Below are positions 50,940 to 63,391 of a DNA stretch of 64,000 bases, piece by piece. Made by a program: the position numbers and the translations under genes. The notes under the pieces are model-generated. The model had not been told where the DNA came from. It worked only from the letters and a program-made list of their open reading frames with translations, and did not search any database. Origin of the DNA: Trichosphaerium sp. ATCC 40318 (Eukaryota > Protista > Tubulinea); assembly GCA_038496445.1 (NCBI GenBank), contig JALMLS010000578.1, positions 503,816 to 567,815 of the forward strand, read 5' to 3'. Within the stretch, counting starts at the first letter, position 1; every line of letters begins with the position of its first letter.

Positions 50940-53900
50940 ATGGCAGAATCTACAGCTCAATATGATATTACAGAGGATGGCGTTGAACTTACAGACATAA
51001 CTGAAGGGAAAAGCGGTCCAAAAGATGATTTTGAACTTGTAAATGATGACACAACCCACGAAACGCATTCTAGCGAATCCAAAAAGGGGACAAAGACTGA
51101 AGCGCGTGTTGTAGCTCACCTTGAAGAATTGTTTGAAAACAAGCAGCACACTGTAAGTACATACGTTTAAAATAGCGTCTGAAGCGCTCTTTCTCAAATG
51201 TCACTCATGTTCTGACGTGTAATCCCCTAGTTCTACAAAATTGAAATAAGCCGCAACGGCACCTCGTACGTTCTTCACGCGCGTCTGGTACTCCTAACGA
51301 ACCGAATTTAGACAATTTGTAAAGCGACGATACAGCGAACTGCTACTACTTCATAAATGGGTATGAATAACTACGCCCAGGCGTCAAGCTCACTTTTTAA
51401 GCAGATTTGCTTGGCATTTCCTAACGTCACCTTTCCTACTTTCCCTGGTGGCTTATTTGAGAATAAATCAAACAGATACGAACAATTAAGAACATGGTTA
51501 GATGCAGTTTCCCAAGATTTCATTGTTCCAAACTCTTTCGAGTTTCTCAACTTTTTCGAGTACGCCCAAACTCTTGGCCGCATATGTGGTCTAACGTACC
51601 TTTTTTTACAGAGTCGAAGAAGAAAATTTTAGTGAGAACCCTGATGGTCCTACATCTGGTACTTTAGGTGTTCATATCATTGGTATACATGGACTAGCAG
51701 GAGAGTTTGAAGGTATGAAATGAAACCTTTTTTTTATTATGTGAGCGCACGTGTTATGAAAGTGAAAGTTTTTTTAACCTTGTGACTTGCATTGGTTTCT
51801 TCTAGAGTCTTATTCTTTCACTTAGATATTTTCTGCCAGTTCACACAGTCGAGACCAATATGCTTGGAACTACTAGTATGTTCAACAGCATATCTTTGTG
51901 TATTCGTTGTAAAAACTAACTCTTTTATAGAATGATGATTTTGGTCCTGTACCTCGTCCTACAAAGATAAATACAGACAAGATTACTGGACCTACAAAGA
52001 ATCCAGAGTTTCATTCTAGTTTCCAATTCAACGTTGTCAATACAAAAGCGCCAGTACGTATCAAGTCTGCTCTTTAGTTTAAGGAACAAACATTATTTTT
52101 ATAACAATCACATTCTTACAGTTTATTCTTGTAGATACGCTTATCTGTTTATTCTGGATCTAAACCATTAGGATTCGTTATGCTCCACCCAACCGTTGCC
52201 ACTTCACAAAACAAGGATTTTTGGCTTGAGCTCGTTGTACGACGGAAAAAACTGATTTCCAAAAAAAAATGACTGTTGCCTTACCTTTTGTGGTAGGGTC
52301 ATCAAGGCGTAGCTCCTGTTTCTGGTAGTATACAACTACAGTTACAATTCAAAGGAGGTATACATGATCTGAAAACCATAGCTGTCAGTAAAAAACAAGA
52401 CAAAGCTGTTATACAAATAGAAAAGAAAGTATTCTTTCCTGGAGAACAAGTAGCGGGATGCGCAACATTTCAGCTGAATAGTACTGATGTAGAGAAAATT
52501 ATTAGCTGTCGGATAGCTATTAAAGGTACCCCCAACAACGTAAGTAACACCTTACTTATACCTTGTCTAAGGCACTCAATTCGTGCACTGGAGTAGCGGA
52601 AAACACAGCCACAGGTACTTTCTCTTTTTTTTTTTTTTTTTGTTAGACACGTGCGTCATAGAACTACAAAATTGATTGTTCCTGTTTAGTAAAACAAGCA
52701 CTGTACTTGATCAGACACTTCTGAATGTCATGCAAGCTGAAGGTTTCTTTACCGTACGTTCGATGTGTTTTGTATTGCCGCTTTTATAGTCACTCGATGT
52801 CTTACTTGTAACTTAGCCTGGTGTACGGAATGTCAACTTCTCTCAACCAATACCTATTGATATACCTCCAACAATGGCTTTTACAACAACAGATAGTGGT
52901 AGAGCATGGATAAGATATAGTGTAAACCTATACCTAAAAAGCAAACGAGCTCTAGGCACCTCATTAAAAACAAGTACGTTTTGTGTACACCATCGAACTG
53001 AGAGCTTACTCTACTACTTTAGTAAAGATACCTGTAGTTGTTAAAGGGAATATGCCTTCACCAGCCTTAGCAGTCCCAGCTATGTATCACAGATCGGATA
53101 ATGTACTATTCCGAAAGGATCAAGTAGGAAAGCTTGAAGTCAGGTTTGATCAAAAGTATATTACACCTGGAGAAAGTATAAAAGCACATGTTGTACGTAA
53201 TTCTGTTACACAATCATCATTATTTTAGTCTCAATTCTTAGAGACACGAATACAAAGCCAAAAAAAAAAATGAAACACGTGTTCAACTTTTCAGTTTTTT
53301 TGTTCTGTCAAGGCCATTTATTGCTTTGACACTGGTTTTTGTTGAACAATTTAAACGCTTTGTTTATACATATCAACCCTTTTTTTTGTCGAAAAGATTT
53401 TTCTCTTATCTTTGCTAGCGTCTTCACAACAATACAAACTACACAGCAACTAGTATAAAAGTAACATTGAATACTGTACGAAAAATGCGTATGAGTCCAA
53501 AATCATGGACAAACAAGACACATAATAAATCACTATGGAAGAACGAAGCTAAATGTAGATGCGAGCCAAGCCAAGTGTACGCAACAACATTACTTTTTAT
53601 TTAAACTATGAAAACATGCTGACTTTTTTTGTTCCTTTGTAGTTTGGATATCAGCGTACCTTTTACATTGCCTGTGTCTTGTCCTATTCCAACAATAGAC
53701 TCTCCTCGTAATTCTCCTCTTATAATGGTGAAATACAACGTTAAAGTCGTAGCAAGCTTCGAAGGACTACTTGTTAGGTAAGTTACATTATTTATACGTT
53801 TTCTGGGTTTTTCTTAATGATTGTTTAGTAATGTTGCTGCAACTATGCCTATCACAGTTTGCTCCGCTGTACCTAAAGGATATAACATGTAATTTAGTCG

Positions 53901-54050
53901 AAAGAGAAACAAATGTACAAAAATAAAAATCAACACGTGCTACACGTGTTTCCAACAAAAAATACTCAAAACTTTTTTCTATTAAATCATATTCGCGCCC
54001 GTTTTGATTTATCTCTTTGCACAAGTACATGCATTTCAATGGTTGAATGA
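50940..54050 (+). CDS. PX + C2 + arrestin-N/arrestin-C domain protein
   Basis: PX: FYKIEI..VKRRYSELLLLH..FPTFP..LNFF. C2: GTLGVHIIGIHGL..NPEFHSSFQF..GSIQLQL. Arrestin: FFPGEQVAG..IPPT..IRYSV, then YITPGESI..HNNT. Confidence 0.8.
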
Positions 54051-54380
54051 ATGTAAAGCATGGTGACCAAAAAAGAATTTTGTCATCAAATAGAGTGGGT
54101 TGTGAAAAAAATTGCTTAGACTGTCGGTACTTTTCCTCGGCACAGCACGAACAAATCGCAAAATGATTTTTATGCCTATAATTATAGAATACTAGCTACG
54201 TGTCCAAAATAGCATTTGGAGTTAAGACGGTCGAGATGAGTAAAAACGTCTTCTCGAAATCCCCCAAATATCAAAAAAGTCGTAATTTTCAAAACTGTCA
54301 AAAGCGATTTAAAATAATTTAACGGTATCCATTCAATTGATCCTAGTTGGTGTGAAAACGTGATAGATGAAGGCATATAG

Positions 54381-55795
54381 TAGCACATTTGTTGTTATTT
54401 TCATTTTGCAATCAAAATCTGAAAGCATTATCTGGTCATTCAAAACAGCATTAGATACGAAAGGAATGTATTTTAACCAACAACATGAGTGCACTGCTGT
54501 ATTACATAACTAGCGTCTTAACAGTTCTATGCGAGCATTGGAATCAATAACTGCATCACTACATGGCAAAACTGTAAATAGCGTTGGTTCTGCTATACCA
54601 CATACACCTCTAAAAAGGAGTAAATGTCTGCATAAAAAATGATATTACAAAGTAACAAAAAGTACAAAGGTGGTCTTCCAGATATGCTGTGAACTGATCC
54701 ACTTGTTTGCGAGGACGAAAAAGTTATGTCAGCCTTTAATTCAGCTGCAGTTGGTCCTAAAACTGTACAAGTTAAACACAATACAACTGCAAGTCTTTCA
54801 ACATACATGAAGCGACAAAGTCAAAGCTACAAATGCCCTCATAAGTACTTGTAACAACAAGACCATTTCTAGTATCCATCATATCAACTGTTCCTGTCTC
54901 ACACATTCTAGAAGAGGCGTCCACTCTCCCAATTGATGTTGGTATGATAAACTCAACGTCTGAAAGACCTGTTATGTCTATACAACTGAGTTGTACAGTG
55001 ACTCTTTGGCCTACCCACAATCAATAACACTACTGGTATTTTTTTTAACTGTACCTCCCCTTACTGATGTGACAGGCATTCCGTTTACCCAAAATGAGTG
55101 CTCACACACCATCCCTGTTGTAGCACATAAGGTTTCAATCGTATAAGTTCTTGTCATAGTTGAAGGGAGAGCATTTGATGTAAAGAAAGAAAAGTCAAGG
55201 TTGCTTAGGCTCTCAAGAGTAACTTTGTTGTGGTAGTTGTGGACAAAATCTATTCCCTTCAGGTGTTGTGGAAGCAACTGCAAAACCATTGGGGACATTA
55301 AAAGATATTGTGGATATAATCGGAGAGCTAAGGAAGAAACTGTAGCACTCTAATTATACAAAGTCAGAAAGGATTATTCATGACGTGTTGAAGAAAGTTT
55401 GATCCAAATAGATTTGATGTAACCAAAAAAGTAATTATTTTCTTGAAAGAAAACACGTGATTAACGTACAAACACCCAAAGATGAACCATCAACTGGCAT
55501 AGGTGATACATACGATAAAGTACAAGTGCCAATGACATCTACACCCATCACAACTGTTAAAACGCCATCTGCTATCGAGCAAATAATGGTGGTCATCTTT
55601 GAATCAAGCCGTTCTTGTTCCTCCAAATACATCCGAAATTGTCTGGGTCATGGTATCTTCAGTTCTTGGTGTGGTTGCGGTTACTGTAGCGGCAGTGGTA
55701 AATGGATCAATGAAACGTGTTGTAATTAACGATTGACCCATTGCCACAGCAAAGAAAAACCAAAAGTAAGTTATTGATACATGAGAGGCTGTCAT
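54381..55795 (-). pseudogene. 3'-truncated copy of the secreted protein gene at 58514
   Basis: Same exons as 58514-59800, but homology stops at 54381 and there is a frameshift near 55605. Confidence 0.65.
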
Positions 55796-56330
55796 TGTTT
55801 TGCTCCTGAGGGTTGTGATAACTGGCAGATTTAAAGGTGATTAATTGTTTTCTCATTTTTTTTTCATTTAATTTTACTACAAAAGACTAATTTTAGTATA
55901 GTTGTAGTAATAGCCACGTGTTGTCCCGAAAATCACGCGTGACTATAATGTCCAACAGATGTACGTAATTAAGGTAGTTATAATGTGATCATAGCGCTAT
56001 AAGATATCCAAGCTGACAGTGTAAAAGTCTGTTGTACGAAGCACTCAAAGCTGGGCCATAAAATTGCAGGTCAAAGCCTTACGGCTCGTGAGGTGTAAAG
56101 TTATTTATTACGTTTATTCAAGTTACAAGCTATATGTTCACCCAGGCCGCAAGGCCGCAAGTTCACATGGGCCGCAAGGGCCGCAAGGTGAAGGGTCTTG
56201 CTGACGCGATCATCAAGGACAGTAGTAAGGGTTCACTGAAGTCACTTCCTTACAGTATACAAGAATTTTCCATGTCCCAGGCTTAAAAGCACCAATATCG
56301 TTTGACAAAAATAAGTCACGTACTCACGAT
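54381..56330 (-). repeat. left arm of long inverted duplication
   Basis: Its reverse complement aligns with 58073-59800, including introns and upstream sequence. Confidence 0.92.
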
Positions 56331-56626
56331 AGAGTATCTTGCTGATATTCATACAATTAAACTTTGGGATACCTTTGTATAAATCAGCTTTAATATGACT
56401 GTAGACTTATTTCCGTTCATGGGTTAGTACTGATGTTGTTTCAAAATACATTAACGGCCAACTTGGAGTCCAAAAAATGGTAGATTAAAGGTGTAATTTC
56501 AAAACGAAAGATGGCGGAACAAGTGTTGTTTATTGTGTCTGTGACTGTTATTGTTAATGATAGATTCTCCTCCAATTGGTTGTTGTTTGTAAGAACAAGT
56601 GGATCTATTCTTGTACTTCTTTATCA

Positions 56627-58019
56627 CTAAAAATGTTGCTGTTGTTCACTTTTTAATCCATACATTACTGAATCTGCATATGAACTATAACGTCTGGACA
56701 ATCTAGTAATTTCACTTTGTTTACTAAAAGCATCATCCAACAGTGGCAAATAGTGTTTATGCTGCTCAATGAAAATGGTATGAAGACCTTTGAGTGATTT
56801 GATACATTCGACTGTCACAGAAGTATAACATACGTCTATTTCATAAACACCTTCAATTGCTTTGATTCCTTCATCAGTCACATGTTTACACTGATACATA
56901 GAAATAGTATGAACACCTCCCAATGCCTTTATGCCTTCATCTGTCACTTGTTCACAACATGTTAGGTTAATTTTATGAACACCTGCAAGCGCTTTGATTC
57001 CTTCATCAGTAATATTTACACAATAGGTAATATCGATAGTATGAACTCCAGTCAACAGCTTTATGCCTTCATCTGTTATTTGCTTGCAGGCGCAAAGGTT
57101 AATAGTATAAACGCCCTTGAGTGCTTTTATACCTCTATCTGTTATATATTGACAGTAAGAAAGATCGATAGTATGGACGCCAGACAATGCTATAACTCCT
57201 TCATCTGCAACAGAAGAACTAGAAAGGTTAATTTCATGAACACCAGAAAGATATTTGAGCCCCTCGTGTGTCAAATCGTCACACCCACAAAGGTTAATTG
57301 TATGTATGCCAGAACCAAAAGGGTTAATTGCAGTAACACCAGATAGTAGTTCTAGACCTTCATCTGTAATTTGCAAAAAGCAAGTACTCTGAGAGTGTCA
57401 TGTGTGAAATCAAGTGTACTTCTTTTAATTTTACGGCACCCACGCAAAAGATAGAATATGTTATCTTCCTTAATCTCTTCACACAGTCCTATAACAGTAT
57501 TGTCCATTATACCCTTACACTCTCTAATCTTTAACAAATCTGAAAAACTGTTGATATAAATAGTGTCATATCCAATAATTTGATGTATGATATCAGACAT
57601 CAAAGAACAAGACTGAGCAATTGAAAATTTGTCTTGTCCGCTTGTATAGCAAAAGATGTGCGAAAGAATCTCTGGAGGGAACTCAACAATATTAAGTGGT
57701 TCGTACTTGGTAGCTAAAGTCCTAGCAATTTGTGTTTAGGCAAAAAAAATTCTCGTCCTTTTGTGAATGGCAAGTACCTTCTCGTTTGCTTCTCTTTTGG
57801 CGCAGGTACATCTTCAAAGCTCGAGACATTATTATGTGTTTGTTTTAATAGAAGATCATCAAGTTGTTGAATCAGGGATCCATTCGCAACAGTTAACACA
57901 TTTTCAAGGTGTTTTACGAACATTTCGCGTTTTTCTCCTATTATCTTACTAAATGCTTCACCGTGGTAATTACCATAGTATGTGAGCGCGTGTTGAACGG
58001 AAACGCCTGGTAAATTCAT
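56627..58019 (-). CDS. F-box/LRR (GVHTI-type) paralogue of 21218, with a frameshift near 57375 (possible pseudogene)
   Basis: N-terminus homologous to 21218, one intron (~57722-57778), F-box IVEFPPEILSHIF, then LRRs in a shifted frame. Confidence 0.78.
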
Positions 58020-58072
58020 GATTTATTGCGTGTGTAGTGAGCAGTTAAAATTCTAAGTTCAAAAACTTAATA

Positions 58073-59800
58073 ATCGTGAGCACGTGACTTATTTTTGTGA
58101 AACAATATACGAAGCAACCAACACAAGATTGCTTAAACATGGAAAATTCTTGTATACTTCTATAGAATATACTGTAACAGTGAATAAGGTGAATATGATT
58201 TGGCACCAATTTGTGTATTACGCCTCATGAGCCGTAAGGCTTGGCCCAGCAAGTGTATGACCAGCGTTGAGTGCTTCATACAACAGACTTTTATTAGCAT
58301 TGTCAGCTTGGCTATCTTGTGATCACATCATTACTACCTTAATTACATATTAATACATCTGTTGGGACAATATAGTCACACATGATCTTCGGGACAACAC
58401 GTGGCTATGATGTGATTGAGCATTACTACAAGTATACTAAACTAGTAAAATTAGATGGAAAAAAATAATCACCTTTAAATCTGCCAGTTATCACAACCCT
58501 TAGGAGCAAAACAATGACAGCCTCTCATGTATCAATAACTTACTTTTGGTTTTTCTTTGCTGTGTCAATGGGCCAATCGTTAATTACAACACGTTTCATT
58601 GATCCATTTACCACTGCCGCTACAGTAACCGCAACCACACCAGGAACCGAAGATACCATGACGTATGTATCGCCTATGCCAGTTGATGGTTCATCTTTGG
58701 GTGTTCGTACGTTAATCACGTGTTTTCTTTCAAGGAAATAATTACTTTTTTGGTTACATCAATCTATTTGAATCAAACTATCTTCACACGTCATGAATTA
58801 TACTTTCTGATTTGGTATAATTTAGAGTGCTATAGTTTCTTCCTTAGCTCTCCAATTCGATCCACAATATCTTTTAATGTCCTCGGTGGTTTTGCAGTTG
58901 CTTCCGCAAGTCCTGAAGGGTTTAGATTTTGTACACAACTACCACAACAAGTTACTCTTGAGAGCCTAAGCAACCTTGACTTTTCTTTCTTTACATCAAA
59001 TTCTCTCCCTTCAACTATGACAAGAACTTATACGATTGAAACCTTATGTGCTACAACAGGGATGGTGTGTGAGCACTCATTTTGGGTAAACGGAATGCCT
59101 GTCACATCAGTAAGGGGAGGTACAGTTAAAAAAAATACCAGTAGTGTTATTGATTGTGGGTAGGCCAAAGAGTCACTGTACAACTCAGTTGTATAGACAT
59201 AACAGGTCTTTCAGATGTTGAGTTTATCATACCAACATCAATTGGGAGAGTGGATGCCTCTTCTAGAATGTGCGAGACAGGAACAGTTGATATGATGGAT
59301 ACTAGAAATGGTCTTGTTGTTGCAAGTACTTATGAGGGCATTTGTAGCTTTGACTTTGTCGCTTCATGTATGTTGAAAGACTTGCAGTTGTATTGTGTTT
59401 TAACTTGTACAGTTTTAGGACCAACTGCGGCTGAATTAAAGGCTGACATAACTTATTCGTCCTTACAAACAAGTGGATCAATTCACAGCATATCTGGAAG
59501 ACCACCTTTGTACTTTTGTTACTTTGTACTATCATTTTTATGCAGACATTTACTCCTTTTTAAAGGTGTATGTGGTATCGCAGAACCAACGCTATTTACA
59601 GTTTTACCATGTAGTGATGCAGTTATTGATTCCAATGCTCGCATAGAACTGTTAAGACGCTAGTCATGTAATACAGCAGTGCACTCATGTTGTTAAAATA
59701 CATTCCTTTCGTATCTAATGCTGTTTTGAATAACCAGATAATGATTGAACTTCTGCTTTCAGCTTTTGATTGCAAAATGAAAATATCAACAAATGTGCTA
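58073..59800 (+). repeat. right arm of long inverted duplication
   Basis: Matches the reverse complement of 54381-56330 but lacks the segment 55515-55647. Confidence 0.92.
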
Positions 59801-59923
59801 TGTGCACTGGGCGTAGCACCTGGTACCAACTGCCCCAAGGTTAAAGTCGTAGCAACTGCCATAAGGGAAAATCCTATCAAGACGTTTGTTATTGTTCCAA
59901 GTGACCCGCTAAAAACGATGTGA
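58514..59923 (+). CDS. secreted Thr/Cys/beta-strand-rich protein of unknown function
   Basis: Signal-peptide-like start (MTASHVSITYFWFFFAVSMG). GT-AG introns explain the ORF breaks (e.g. near 59120-59163). Confidence 0.62.
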
Positions 59924-60214
59924 ATCAATATTAAGGGAATCAATTTTGTATTTAACGTTGACAAACATTATGATAGCAACCACATTTCTTACTATTTTCT
60001 TGTATTTATTTCTAACACCCAATGACAAACCAGCTCTTCTGTGCTCTAGAGCCTTGATGTGACACCCGCTTAAGCTTTTGTACTCCAAACTATAGCTACA
60101 AGCCCGAAACGGAATGACTCTAAATATGTAAAACACTTTATTGAGGAGTATTATAAAAATACAATTTCTGATTGAGATGTTACAGCATTTTGTGATCAAG
60201 TCGACAATCGATTT

Positions 60215-60649
60215 TTATTGTAAAGTCGTGATTATCCTGGCTGCATACCAGTTTTTCCATTGACCTTCTGTTTTGCAAGCTTCAAAACACTTGTCACCAA
60301 AGATCTCACAACCAACAAACGTACCATCTACTGGAGGCAACCACGTGTTACAGGTTGGTGAAGCACCGGGTGGGTATGTGTATTGCTCGTATTCGTAACA
60401 CCAGCCATCTTTTTCAGTAATGCTGTAAGTCCCTGTGTTAACTAGCGCTCCAGAGAGATCGTAAGTTACCAAGGTGCCATTTGCGAAGTATTTCGCTGTT
60501 CCTGTTGCCACAACACCATTAAATACAGCCATCCAAGATACTTCAGTGTTGATAACATCTTGACACGTGCCAGATCTTTTGGCGGCTTTACTGTTTACCC
60601 CAATGGACACAGCAAGTAGAAGAGCGAATAATAACGTGATGAAGTGCAT
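60215..60649 (-). CDS. small secreted Cys-containing protein
   Basis: Intronless 144-aa ORF with a clear signal peptide and six Cys in the mature part. Confidence 0.8.
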   Translation of the reverse strand: MHFITLLFALLLAVSIGVNSKAAKRSGTCQDVINTEVSWMAVFNGVVATGTAKYFANGTLVTYDLSGALVNTGTYSITEKDGWCYEYEQYTYPPGASPTCNTWLPPVDGTFVGCEIFGDKCFEACKTEGQWKNWYAARIITTLQ

Positions 60650-61038
60650 GCTTAGTATAGATAAATTCGTTTTTAAGAGTTATCCGGATGTTTGAGTTTT
60701 TCCGGTACTTGTAATTGTAGGATTCGTGAAAAAAACTTAAAACTTAGTGAAATCTATTAAACAGTAGAGAAAGCAATTACGGTTTAGTTATTAATATGTA
60801 CACAAGGGAATTTGTAATGAACTACGCTGAGCTCGATATACTCACATTGCATTGCACAAGCGTACTTTTCATTTGACCCGGATTATAGATAAAAAAGATT
60901 AAGGCACTAGTAGACCGACAATCTTGATCAGCTGTAAATGAACTAATATAGGTTTGTACACAACTGTGAGTGTTGATCTTGTCTATCAGGTTTCACAAAA
61001 CCAAGGTCTCAAGACCAGCGGTCAAGCCAAGAGCTATA

Positions 61039-61098
61039 TCCTCAATTTGTGTTCTTAACAAATACCCCTTACTTACTTACTCCTCAATTTGTGTTCTT
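61039..61098 (+). repeat. 18-bp direct repeat
   Basis: tcctcaatttgtgttctt occurs at about 61039 and 61081. Confidence 0.75.
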
Positions 61099-61842
61099 CT
61101 TGTTCAGGTAAGCTTTTGAGACGCCATAAGATTAAACAGACTCTATTACGTTGTCTTATCAAGTTGAAAGCGCTTTCTCAGCTTCCACTTTGAGTATTTC
61201 GCCTGTTAAAAGCCGAAACGATGCCTTTAATAAATGGGCGTATGATAGACAGTTGCTAATTTGTATAAATAAATGAGGGCGCTTTCGCCTAACTTGCCTG
61301 TGAGTTTGGGCAATGGTCAAATCATGACAAGCAACGTAGCTACACGTATTCTCATGTTCAATGTGAATCGAGCACAAGACTTTAAAGAACTCTTTCTATC
61401 GGTTTTTCTACGCGATTAGATAGCGCTACGCGCTGCACATCCATTGCGTAAAAGTAACTAACTGTTCAGCACAAAAACAAACTAAACACGTTGCTTTGCT
61501 TTCTAAATAGCCCATACACTTCGCTCACGCCAAATAAAGCACATCGGTGACTTATTCAAGATTTGCTTTTTTGGTAACGCAGTCAAAACAACGTACATAG
61601 CACCAAGCAACCCAGAAACATTGATACAGTATACTCTTAGAAAATAGGGTTTTTTCAAATGTCTATATTTGGTAGTGGCGCTTAGCGATTTCCGGGTTAA
61701 GTTCAACTTATCAATCATGATTCCGCTAAGTCACGACAGTGCTAAGTTCTATTCATTTTTTACAGCTCTAACGCATCAACGCAACTTGTCAATCAACAAA
61801 ACGCTTCCACAATATCAATCAACCCTTATTACTCCATTTACC

Positions 61843-63130
61843 ATGAACAATACTACCAAGTACGTGTTCCAACTAGAATTTTATTCCTTTGTTCCCTTGC
61901 GGTTGTCTCCTACGTTTTCATCCAACTTTCCGTCACACTTCAAAATATCAATCATAAAAAGTTGCTTTTGGGTTTCGCGCTACTTTGTACTCACAGTCTC
62001 CCTAGCGCGTCAGACAACATCTCCAACGTACTAGGACTCCTCGATCAACCAACAGAACTTTCTCTCATCTTAAAGTTTGGCGACACCAACACAAGACTCG
62101 CAGCAGCTCAAACTTGCAAACGCATACGCCAGCGTTCACAACAACGTCGGCTACAAAGTTGTCTACTTTACCCAAAACGAGCCGCTACTTGAGTTCGCAA
62201 AAACTCCTTTAATACGCAATACGACAGTAAGTATCAAAGGCGACGAAGTTTCAGACGAAGCAATGAAATCTCTCAAAGGCGTAAAATCAGTTTGCATCAT
62301 TGCAAACGATAACTTAACTGATGATACCTTAACTGCCTTAAGTGGTTCACTCGAACATCTAATGCTTGCCGCTTGCGATACCATAACCGAGAATGGTCTT
62401 CGATCTCTTACCAATCTGAAGACTATACAAATAGAAGAGTGTGAAGAAGCTGTTGACGGTGTACGATTCCTTACAAACCTCAAACGCGCGGATCTCACAT
62501 GCTGTGACGTTTCGAATAACACTGTCGCGCAGCTTGCGGGTATTCATGAAATCATGCTAGCAGGATGCAAAACCATTACAGATGTCAATGCTCTAGCAGG
62601 TGTATACGCCATACACCTAGATTCATCTTCTGTCACAGATGACGGCATTAAGGAGCTCTCTGGAGTACACACAATCGGATTGTCGCTATGTGACAACATC
62701 ACTGACGTAGCTTGAAATATATCTCTAGCGCCAAATCGGTTTGCCTTGATGGCTGCTACAACATTACGGATGAAGGTCTTAAATCTCTAAAAAGGAGTAA
62801 ATACACCTTAACAACACTGGAGTGACAGATGCCGGCCTTAAAGCTCTTGCAGGTGTTAAGACGATTAAATTGAGAAATACTCCAACCAACGATGCTGGCT
62901 TGAAGCACTTGGCTGGTGTCTATTCTATCGATATATCAGATTGCCATCGCATCGCAGATGAAGGCCTGAAGTACATCGGTAGTACAGCTGTCGAAGTTAC
63001 ACTAAGCAACTGTGAATTCATCACCGACGAAGGAATCAAGTATCTGAAAAAAGTTGAGAAGCTAAACGTGATCAACTGTAAGAACTTGACCAACGAAGGC
63101 ATCTCTCAACTTGAAAATCTGAAGAAATAG
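61843..63130 (+). pseudogene. F-box/LRR (GVHTI-type) gene with at least three frameshifts
   Basis: Degenerate F-box (RLAAAQTCK..VHNNVGYK, as in 21218) and LRRs spread over different frames, with breaks near 62125, 62710 and 62790-62820. Confidence 0.65.
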
Positions 63131-63391
63131 TATACAATGGTACCAATATCACTGATGAAGGTGTTCTTAAAAGATTAGAAATGAATAAGAGCTAGATAAC
63201 CCATTAAAGAAGAAATCCTTGTTTCAAAAAAAAAATTTGTTGAAAAAAAATTAAATAAAACGTTCCATTTTCGTTATTAGTTGTTCTTCTACATTTATTC
63301 ATCATCAATAAATCTCTTAACACGTGCACACGTGTATTAATTTAATAAAAAAGTTCTTGGGCTTGTGTTTTTTGTTGCTCTTGTTGATACA

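Noticed and set aside
54381-59800. Foldback/Mutator-type transposon with long TIRs
   Set aside because: The arms are copies of an intron-containing host gene. There is no transposase and no target-site duplication at the outer ends.
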